From assembly GCA_043822705.1 (NCBI GenBank), contig JBDRBK010000033.1, positions 1 through 37,999 on the forward strand: a DNA stretch of 37,999 bases, in the 5' to 3' direction. Position numbers and translations under genes: made by a program. This stretch comes from Fidelibacterota bacterium (GTDB taxonomy: Bacteria > Fidelibacterota > Marinisomatia > Marinisomatales > TCS56). Position 1 is the stretch's first letter; every line of letters starts with the position of its first letter. Below, piece after piece: positions 8,814 through 16,469 of this stretch. Under the pieces are notes generated by a model. The model did not search any database and was not told the DNA's origin. It worked only from the letters and a program-made list of their open reading frames with translations.

Positions 8814-9674
8814 TTACCCGAAGTAAATCGCCAGCACCCCGGCAATAGTCGCGAATTTGAGCATCCTGGCCCCGAAAACAGCCGTGCCGGCTTCCGGTTT
8901 TTTGGTGAACAGGTAAATCAGGTAAAACAAGGGTGCAATAACGCCGGCCGTGGCGATCAGCAGGTAATATATCCCATAGTGCCCCAGAATAAACGGCAAC
9001 AGCGTCCCGGCCGCCACCAGAAAAGCCAGGTTAATCGCCACTACAATCGCCGGTTCCAGGCCCACCAGCAGCGGGAATGTATTCAAGTCCGCCCTGGCGT
9101 CACCTTCGATGTCGGCGATATCCTTTACCAGCTCCCGCACCAGGGTCAGGCCGAAGGCCAGCAGCGCCGGCACTACCAGCGGTCCGGGGTTACCTACCGC
9201 CGCGCCGGCGAATAGAAAGGTCAGGCCGAGAATAAACGCCACCGCCAAATTGCCCAACAGCGGCTGCCCCTTCAGCACCGGTGAATAGAACAGCATTACC
9301 GGCAGGGCCGCCAGCAGGGCCAGCAGACGGGCGCCGGGATTCAATTGCAGCGCCAGCAGCACACCGCCGGCAAACAGCACGATTCCAATCCATTTGGCGA
9401 CATTCCGGTTAACCACTCCGGCCACCAGCGGCCGCCGGGGCCGGTTGATTTTATCAACCTCGAAATCGCAATAATCATTGATCGCATTGGCGCCGGCATT
9501 GAAACTGACCACCACCAGAATGGCGGAGATCACCGCCGCTGTCTGGTTTAGTTCGCCAGCGATGGCAGCGCCGATCAAAACCGAAAATGCGCCGATCGCA
9601 AGGTTGAGCGGTCGTAGCAGGCAGATATGACCCAGTATTTTGGCTGTAATTGTGATTGATTGCGAATTATCCAT
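8814..9674 (-). CDS. UbiA-family prenyltransferase, geranylgeranylglycerol-phosphate geranylgeranyltransferase (DGGGP synthase)-like
   Basis: LLRPLN N-terminus; Asp-rich motifs NAINDYCDFEVDKINRPRRPL and RELVKDIADIEGD; YSPVLKGQPLLGNLAVA; multiple transmembrane helices. Confidence 0.8.
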   Translation of the reverse strand: MDNSQSITITAKILGHICLLRPLNLAIGAFSVLIGAAIAGELNQTAAVISAILVVVSFNAGANAINDYCDFEVDKINRPRRPLVAGVVNRNVAKWIGIVLFAGGVLLALQLNPGARLLALLAALPVMLFYSPVLKGQPLLGNLAVAFILGLTFLFAGAAVGNPGPLVVPALLAFGLTLVRELVKDIADIEGDARADLNTFPLLVGLEPAIVVAINLAFLVAAGTLLPFILGHYGIYYLLIATAGVIAPLFYLIYLFTKKPEAGTAVFGARMLKFATIAGVLAIYFG

Positions 9675-10539
9675 TGATCCGTACTTTCAATACCCGGTCG
9701 TCACCGTTAAAATCTTTGATTAATTTAACCTCGCCGAAAGCGGCGCCGGCAAACAGTTCCGCGGCCCGCCGGGGATGATCCCCCCGTCCTACTTCCAGCA
9801 CCAGCCAGCCGCCGGGATTAATAATTTCACCGGCGATATCCCGGAAGCGGCGGTAAAAAACAAGTCCGTCAGCGCCATCGGTCAGGGCCGACTGGGGTTC
9901 GTGGCTGGCCACCTCCGGCTGCAGTTGCGCCAGCTCGGCCGGCGTCACATACGGCGGATTCGAGATTAACAGATCGAATTTACCGGCCGGCTGCGCTTGC
10001 AAGATATCCAGCGCCGCAAATTCCACTGCCACACCATTTGCAGCAGCATTACTGCGGGCCAGTTCCAATGCTCTTTCCGAAATATCCACCGCCACTATCT
10101 CGGAAACGGGATATTCATGGGTCAGGGCAATGGCGATACAGCCGGATCCGGTACCCACATCCAGAATCCGCGGCCGGTCCAGACTGCGAATCAATTCCAG
10201 CGCCAGCGCCACCAGCCGCTCGGTTTCGGGCCGGGGAATCAGCACCGCCGGATTGACGGCGAAGGGCAGGCCGTAAAATTCGGTTTTACCGGAAATGTAT
10301 TGCAGTGGTTCGTGGTTTATACGGCGTTTGACCCAGCCCCGGAAGCGGGTCAGCATTTCCGCGGTGAATGGTTCCTCAAAGCGCAGGTACAGATCGAGTC
10401 GTTTACAGTTCAGAAACTCGCCCAGCAGCCATTCGATTTCACGCCGTGGCTGTTCGAAGCCGGGCCGCCGGAAATAGTCGGTGCCCCAGTTGATCAGATC
10501 GATCACCCGCCAGGTTTTACTGTCCCCGCCGGCGGTCAC
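9667..10539 (-). CDS. prmC: Release factor glutamine N5-methyltransferase PrmC/HemK
   Basis: EPLQYISG, VLIPRPETE, LDVGTGSGCIA, SNPPY motif; directly downstream of prfA. Confidence 0.97.
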   Translation of the reverse strand: MTAGGDSKTWRVIDLINWGTDYFRRPGFEQPRREIEWLLGEFLNCKRLDLYLRFEEPFTAEMLTRFRGWVKRRINHEPLQYISGKTEFYGLPFAVNPAVLIPRPETERLVALALELIRSLDRPRILDVGTGSGCIAIALTHEYPVSEIVAVDISERALELARSNAAANGVAVEFAALDILQAQPAGKFDLLISNPPYVTPAELAQLQPEVASHEPQSALTDGADGLVFYRRFRDIAGEIINPGGWLVLEVGRGDHPRRAAELFAGAAFGEVKLIKDFNGDDRVLKVRING

Positions 10540-10544
10540 CGGAA

Positions 10545-11606
10545 TTACCCTGCCGCCAGCAGTTTCTTCTGGTCTTCGATGCGCAGCTGGTCGATCATTT
10601 CATTTAGGTCGCCGTCCAGGTATTCTTCCAGGCGGTAGACCGTGAAATTGATCCGGTGATCGGTAATTCGGCCCTGGGGAAAGTTGTAGGTGCGGATTTT
10701 GGCCGAACGGTCGCCGGTGGAGACCATCGATTTGCGGACCACCGAGCGTTCTTTGGCCAGTTTATCCTGTTCCTGGGCCAGCAGGCGCGAGCGCAGAACT
10801 TTCAGGGCCGCCGCCCGGTTTTTGTGCTGGGATTTCTCATCCTGACAGGTCACCACCAGGCCGGTGGGAAGATGGGTTATCCGGATCGCCGACTCGGTTT
10901 TGTTGACGTGCTGGCCGCCGGCCCCGGAGGCGCGGTAAGTATCGATTTTCAGATCCTGTTCGTCGACATCGATTTCCGCTTCTTCCGCTTCCGGCAAGAC
11001 AGCTACGGTGGCGGCGGAGGTGTGCACCCGGCCGCCGGTCTCGGTTTTGGGAACGCGCTGGACCCGGTGAACGCCGCTCTCATATTTCATCCAGCCGTAG
11101 ACGCCTTTCCCTTCCAGTAAAAAAATGACTTCCTTGAGGCCGCCGATGCCGGTGTCATTGGCACCCAGTACATCCTGCTTCCAGCCGGAGCGCTCGGCAA
11201 ATCGGGAGTACATCCGGAACAGGTCCGCCGCAAACAACGCCGCCTCTTCGCCGCCGGTGCCGGCCCGGATCTCGATAATCGTGTTCTTGTCGTCGTTGGG
11301 ATCCTTGGGCAGCATCAGCACTTTCAGTTCCTCTTCCAGCGCCAGGTTCCGTTCTTCTAACTCCCGCAGTTCTTCCGCGGCGATCGATTTCAGTTCTTCA
11401 TCGGAGCCGGCCAGAATTTCCCGGTCGTCGGCGATCTGCCGGTCGATGGCCAGGTATTCGCGTGCCTTCTTGACGACTGCTTCCAGGTGACTGTGCTCAC
11501 GGGCCAGATCGCGCATTTTTTCCTGGTTGGCGTGAGTAGCCGGATTGGCCAGTTGCCGGCCCAGTTCGTCGTGGCGGTCGATAATTTTCTGTAGTCTATC
11601 GATCAT
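10545..11606 (-). CDS. prfA: Peptide chain release factor 1
   Basis: [25 protein letters not shown] (PxT specificity motif), [18 protein letters not shown]. Confidence 0.98.
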   Translation of the reverse strand: MIDRLQKIIDRHDELGRQLANPATHANQEKMRDLAREHSHLEAVVKKAREYLAIDRQIADDREILAGSDEELKSIAAEELRELEERNLALEEELKVLMLPKDPNDDKNTIIEIRAGTGGEEAALFAADLFRMYSRFAERSGWKQDVLGANDTGIGGLKEVIFLLEGKGVYGWMKYESGVHRVQRVPKTETGGRVHTSAATVAVLPEAEEAEIDVDEQDLKIDTYRASGAGGQHVNKTESAIRITHLPTGLVVTCQDEKSQHKNRAAALKVLRSRLLAQEQDKLAKERSVVRKSMVSTGDRSAKIRTYNFPQGRITDHRINFTVYRLEEYLDGDLNEMIDQLRIEDQKKLLAAG

Positions 11607-12568
11607 GCGATCGCCTCGGCGACATAGGTTTTACCGACCATCTGCTCGTATTTTTCTCCGAATGCTTCGCGCAGGGCGGAAATGGCCACTTCGACCATTT
11701 CATCATCCGGCTCCTTGGTGGTGATGCGCTGCAGCCACAAACCCGGAGCCCGCAGGGCGCGAAACAGCAACCGATGACCGTTGCGGGCGCTGATCTTAAT
11801 CACTTCGTAAGACAGGCCCATCACCAGCGGAATCAACGGCAGGTGCACCAGCAGGCGGATGCCCAGCGATATAGTTCCCAGCAGGGCCAGAACGATCGTA
11901 TCGATCAGGGCGAAAATCAGGATCGCCGACAACATCACGATAAACAGAAAGCTGGTCCCGCAGCGCGGGTGCTGGGTCGGAAACGACTGGGCGGTTTCAA
12001 TGTCGATATTCCGGCCCGATTCAAAATTATAGACCACCCGGTGCTCGGCGCCGTGGTACTGGAACAGGCGGCGCACATCCTTAAGCAGCGATATGATCGC
12101 CAGGTACAGGATGAAAAAGGTGATCCGCAGCAGGCCCGATACCAGGTTGAAAGTCAGGGCTTCTTTTTCGATGTCCAGTAATTTGGTGGTGATCCACATC
12201 GGCCCGACCATGAATAACAGCAATGCCAGACCGACGGCAAATACAATCGAGAATAAATTGGCCAGCTTGCCGGGTTTTTTAGCCTGTTCTTCCACGGGCA
12301 GAGCGACGTCGGCCGACCACTGCAGGGTGCCGAAACCGATCCGCATTGATTCAAACAGGGCGGCCATGCCTCGCAGGACCGGCTTTTTCCAGACCGGTTT
12401 CCTGTCGGATAGGGATTGGAATTCGTGGCGATCGATCTGCACTTTGCCTTCCGGGTCGCGCACCGCCGTGGCATAAGCCCCGGGGACGCGCATCATAACG
12501 CCCTCGATGACCGCCTGCCCGCCCACCAGGATCGCCGGCTTCATCAATAACAGAGATAAATTTCGCAT
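11603..12568 (-). CDS. DUF1385 (YqhQ-like) membrane protein
   Basis: [41 protein letters not shown]; usual position between rpmE and prfA. An alternative start is ATG 12544. Confidence 0.92.
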   Translation of the reverse strand: MRNLSLLLMKPAILVGGQAVIEGVMMRVPGAYATAVRDPEGKVQIDRHEFQSLSDRKPVWKKPVLRGMAALFESMRIGFGTLQWSADVALPVEEQAKKPGKLANLFSIVFAVGLALLLFMVGPMWITTKLLDIEKEALTFNLVSGLLRITFFILYLAIISLLKDVRRLFQYHGAEHRVVYNFESGRNIDIETAQSFPTQHPRCGTSFLFIVMLSAILIFALIDTIVLALLGTISLGIRLLVHLPLIPLVMGLSYEVIKISARNGHRLLFRALRAPGLWLQRITTKEPDDEMVEVAISALREAFGEKYEQMVGKTYVAEAIA

Positions 12569-12574
12569 GGATAT

Positions 12575-12608
12575 AAAAAGGGCTCCCCCTTCAGATGAAC
12601 GAGAAGCC
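12575..12608 (-). terminator. Probable intrinsic terminator after rpmE
   Basis: Minus strand GGCTTCTCGTTCATCTGAAGGGGGAGCC forms a hairpin with G-U pairs, followed by CTTTTT. Confidence 0.55.
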
Positions 12609-12627
12609 GCATTTTGATGTTATTTGG

Positions 12628-12834
12628 CTACTGTGCTTTTTGCTGATATTTGCGATTGAATTTTTCGATCCGCCCGGCCGTATCAACCAGCTTCTGTTTG
12701 CCGGTGAAAAAGGGGTGACACTGAGAACAGATTTCAATTTTCTGATCGCCGATCGTATTGTATACCTGAAAGGTATTTCCACAAGCACAGGAAATTTTCC
12801 CTAATTTATATTCGGGATGAATTCCTTCCTTCAT
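12628..12834 (-). CDS. rpmE: 50S ribosomal protein L31 (zinc-binding type)
   Basis: [41 protein letters not shown] Shine-Dalgarno upstream. Confidence 0.98.
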   Translation of the reverse strand: MKEGIHPEYKLGKISCACGNTFQVYNTIGDQKIEICSQCHPFFTGKQKLVDTAGRIEKFNRKYQQKAQ

Positions 12835-12843
12835 TCCAGACTC

Positions 12844-14055
12844 CTATTCTAATTCTTTTAGTACGCGGGCTACGCGTTTGATTCCTTCGCGGATATTTTC
12901 AAATCCGGTGGCGAAGGAGAACCGGATATATCCCGGTGCGCCGAAACCATCGCCGGGAACGGTCACCACCTGTGCCTGATCCAGGATGTAATTACCCAGA
13001 TCGGTGGCGGTTTTGAGCACCCGACCGTCGACGCTTTTACCCAGGTAGGCCGTCACATCCGGAAAAGCATAGAACGCACCGCCGGGCAGGGCGCAGTTAA
13101 GGCCGGGGATTTCATTCAATAATTGTACCATCAGATCGCGGCGCTCCTGGAACGTCCGCCGCATTTCCTCCACCGGTGCCTGGTCGCCATCCAGGGCGGC
13201 GATGGCGGCCATCTGTCCGATCGAGTTGGGGCAGGACGTCGCCTGACCCTGATGTTTGGCCATGGCCTTGGCAAGCAACGGTTCCGCTACGGCATAGCCG
13301 ATCCGCCAGCCGGTCATAGCGTAAGTTTTAGACATGCTCAGGCAGGTCACGATCCGGGCGCCGACCGTATTTAACTTCTCGGCCGAGGTGAATGTTTCAC
13401 CGTAAACCAGTCGCTCATAACACTCGTCGGCAATCACCGTCCAGTTGTGCCGGGCGGCAATTTCCAGCAGGCGCACGGTGGCCACCGTGGACCAGACGCC
13501 GCCGGTGGGGTTGGAGGGTGAATTGATGATCACGCCACGGACGCGATCGGTGATCTTGGCCTCCAACTCGGCGAAGTCGGGCTCCGAGTGCTGGTCCGGC
13601 AGAGTGGCGACAAACACCGGTTCGGCATCGGCCAGCCGCACAAACTCCGGAAACGAGACCCAGTAAGGCGTAAACACGATCACCTGATCGCCCTTTTCAA
13701 ACAGGGCCTGACAGGCGTTGAACAGACTGTGTTTTTCGCCGTTGGACACGACCACCATCTCGGGAGTGCATTGCAGCCCGTTTTCCCGCTCCAGCTTCCG
13801 GCAAATCGCTTTGCGTAATTCCGGCATGCCGGCGCCGGCCGTATATTTGGTATAGCCGGCATCCATGGCTTGTTTGGCAGCCTCGCGAATATGAACCGGT
13901 GTATTGAAATCCGGTTCGCCGACGCTGAAATTGATTACGTCGACGCCCTGGGCCCGCAACTCATTGGCGCGGGCCGCCATTTCCAGCGTGAACGACGGCT
14001 GAATCCGCTGGATGCGGTCAGCCAGTCGGAGCGGTGGTTTAGTGTTGTTTACCAT
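12844..14055 (-). CDS. aspC: PLP-dependent aspartate aminotransferase (class I/II)
   Basis: GEPDFNTP, YTAGAGMPELR, NSPSNPTG, DECYE, SMSKTYAMTGWRIGY (PLP lysine), GAFYAF, VPGDGFG. Confidence 0.9.
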   Translation of the reverse strand: MVNNTKPPLRLADRIQRIQPSFTLEMAARANELRAQGVDVINFSVGEPDFNTPVHIREAAKQAMDAGYTKYTAGAGMPELRKAICRKLERENGLQCTPEMVVVSNGEKHSLFNACQALFEKGDQVIVFTPYWVSFPEFVRLADAEPVFVATLPDQHSEPDFAELEAKITDRVRGVIINSPSNPTGGVWSTVATVRLLEIAARHNWTVIADECYERLVYGETFTSAEKLNTVGARIVTCLSMSKTYAMTGWRIGYAVAEPLLAKAMAKHQGQATSCPNSIGQMAAIAALDGDQAPVEEMRRTFQERRDLMVQLLNEIPGLNCALPGGAFYAFPDVTAYLGKSVDGRVLKTATDLGNYILDQAQVVTVPGDGFGAPGYIRFSFATGFENIREGIKRVARVLKELE

Positions 14056-15089
14056 TCGTGACGTTTTTTATGATATTCCTCGGTATTGAAGCGTGAATCG
14101 TCGTCCGGTGTTTCCTCGACCGGTTTGCGCCGGAGTTGACGGCGCGGTGGTGGGGGTGGTGGCGACGGTGGCTGAGGCGGTGGCGGACCCTGTTCCTCGA
14201 TTTCGAATTCCTCGGAAAACACCTTGCGCTTGAGACCCGGTCGCCGGGGCGGCCGGTGGGGGGCGCTGGTACGTCGATGCTCGTGAGGCCGGGGAACATC
14301 ATCCATGCCGATGCCTTCGTTCTCGGGCAACATTTTTTCGTCGAAGTCGTCCGGCGGTTCTTTATCGCCGATTTCGCCCTTGATCGAATCTTCGTCAAAG
14401 GAGAACATGGCCGGATTGTAAAGGCCGTAAATCGCGCCGTATCCGCGGGTAATACCGTTGCCGACACCGAGATAATTGGGCAGAATGAAATTAGTCCGGA
14501 ATTCACCGTTGAAGGCACCCCAGTAAGTCTCGTCGACCGTCTTGGGGAAAAGCGATGTCAGGCTCAACCGGGTGAAAATCTTCTCTTCCAGTTCCATACC
14601 CATCTCGCGCGCCAGAAAAACAATATTCTGGCTCAACAGCCGGCTCAGGTAATTGAGTTTTTCCATGCTGTTCAGGTAACGGTAACGAATGCCGGTGGTC
14701 TGGTTCAGCGCCACCCAGGGCGTGATAAAGCGGTACCTGATCATGCGCGTCAGGGGACGGAATAGATCGTCGCGTTCGTCGACATCGGTATCCAGCACCT
14801 GGAAGGTGATGTTGCCAAAATCCAGGAAATCGAATTTATCGACCAACGACAGGATTGGTTCCACGCCTTCGTTGATGCCGACGATGTAAATCTGTTCGTT
14901 GAGTATTTTCACCTGCACCCGGGGATAGAGAAATTGGTCGCGGTAGCGACCGTCCAGAAGCGGAATGATTTCCTCGTCCGGAAACTGGCGCATGAAGACG
15001 CCTTTTACCTGATACGGCGTCTTTTTAACCGGTTTATCGGTTATGATCTTTAAAGTAACAGTCTTAACAGCAGTGTATGAAGATTCCAT
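14049..15089 (-). CDS. Stand-alone Cas6b-like (RAMP) protein with a long acidic/Pro-rich C-terminal tail
   Basis: Residues ~1-222 follow the Cas6b motif series: LYPRVQVK, IVGINEG, YRFITPWVALNQ, LSRLLSQNI, FNGEFRTNFILPNYLGVGNGITRGYGAI (Gly-rich loop). Residues ~223-346 are low-complexity. GAGGTG Shine-Dalgarno upstream. Confidence 0.8.
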   Translation of the reverse strand: MESSYTAVKTVTLKIITDKPVKKTPYQVKGVFMRQFPDEEIIPLLDGRYRDQFLYPRVQVKILNEQIYIVGINEGVEPILSLVDKFDFLDFGNITFQVLDTDVDERDDLFRPLTRMIRYRFITPWVALNQTTGIRYRYLNSMEKLNYLSRLLSQNIVFLAREMGMELEEKIFTRLSLTSLFPKTVDETYWGAFNGEFRTNFILPNYLGVGNGITRGYGAIYGLYNPAMFSFDEDSIKGEIGDKEPPDDFDEKMLPENEGIGMDDVPRPHEHRRTSAPHRPPRRPGLKRKVFSEEFEIEEQGPPPPQPPSPPPPPPRRQLRRKPVEETPDDDSRFNTEEYHKKRHEW

Positions 15090-15135
15090 TGCTACACCTC
15101 GCTATAATTAATTAATCAAACAAATTAATTACCTT

Positions 15136-16383
15136 CTACTGGCTCATCGTATTGAGAAATTCCTCGTTGGTTTTGGTCCGTTTCAGCCTTTCCAGAAGGA
15201 ATTCCATCGCCTCGATAACCGTCATCTCATTAAGTAATTTGCGCAAAATCCACAAACGAGCCAACTCCTTTTTTGTCAAAAGTAGCTCTTCTTTGCGAGT
15301 TCCCGAGCGGATCAGGTCGAAGGACGGAAAAATCCGCCGATCACTCAGCCGTCGGTCCAGAACCAGCTCCATGTTACCGGTTCCTTTGAACTCTTCAAAG
15401 ATGACATCGTCCATCCGGCTGCCGGTGTCGATCAGGGCGGTGGCGACGATTGTCAGACTGCCACCCTCCTCGCAATTCCGGGCCGCACCGAAGAACTGTT
15501 TGGGTTTCTTCAGGGCGTTGGAATCGATACCGCCGGACATGATTTTGCCGCTATGCGGGATAACGGCGTTATGAGCCCTCGCCAGCCGGGTGATGCTGTC
15601 CAGCAGGATAACCACATCCTTGCCGAATTCCACCATCCGTTTGGCCTTTTGCATTGCCATTTCGGCGACACTGACATGACGCTCCGGCGGTTCATCGAAA
15701 GTTTAACTGACCACCTCGGCATCAACATTCCGCCGCATGTCGGTCACCTCTTCCGGGCGCTCGTCAATCAGCAGAACGATCATTTCCACTTCGGGATGAT
15801 TCTTGCGAATCGCATTGGCAATTTTTTGCAGAAGCACGGTTTTACCGGTCTTCGGCTGGGCCACGATCAGGGCCCGCTGCCCACGGCCGATCGGCGCGAA
15901 CAGATCCAGAGTCCGGGTGGAAAGATCCTTGGGATCGAACTCCAGGTTGAAGCGCACCTCCGGGTGGTAGGGCGTAAAATTATCAAATAAAATAGCCTGT
16001 TTGATCTGTTCCGGTAAAAAACCGTTGACATTATCGACTTTCAACAAGGCATAAAAACGTTCTTTTTCCTTGGGCGGCCGGATTTCGCCGCTGACCAGGT
16101 GGCCGGTACGCAGGCCGAAACGTTTTATTTGCGATGGACTGACATAAATATCATCGGGACCCGGCAGATAATTGAACCCGGGGCTGCGTAAAAATCCGTA
16201 GCCGTCCGGAAGGACCTCAAGGACACCACGAGCTTTGATCGATTCGTCTTTTTCTTCCTGAAGTTCCAGGATTTTGACGATCAGCTCCTGTTTGCGTCGG
16301 CCGGAATATCCTTGCACCCCCAAATCCTGCGCCAGCTTGGTCAGGTCCTTGATTTTCAGGGCCTGAAGTTCATTAACATCCAT
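15136..16383 (-). pseudogene. rho: Transcription termination factor Rho, interrupted by one in-frame TAA at 15703-15705 (nonsense allele or sequence error)
   Basis: Track ORFs 15703-16383 and 15136-15660 are in the same frame. Read-through gives ...[15 protein letters not shown]..., versus the conserved EVVSSTFDEP, for 415 codons in total. Other Rho motifs are intact: [70 protein letters not shown]. Confidence 0.93.
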
Positions 16384-16469
16384 GAGGATTCCTTTTTTGT
16401 GTATCTTTGAGTAGTATATCTACAGAAAAAACCTTTTCCGGAGTATAAAATCTGAGAACTTAACGTACG

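Noticed and set aside
14140..14192. GGT/GGC-rich tandem-like repeat
   Set aside because: Explained by the polyproline codons of the Cas6-like tail on the minus strand.
15136..16383. rho as two genuine genes, a programmed frameshift, or stop-codon reassignment
   Set aside because: Both parts are in the same frame, so there is no frameshift. The break falls inside a conserved motif, the second part has no evident Shine-Dalgarno, and TAA terminates many other genes in the window.
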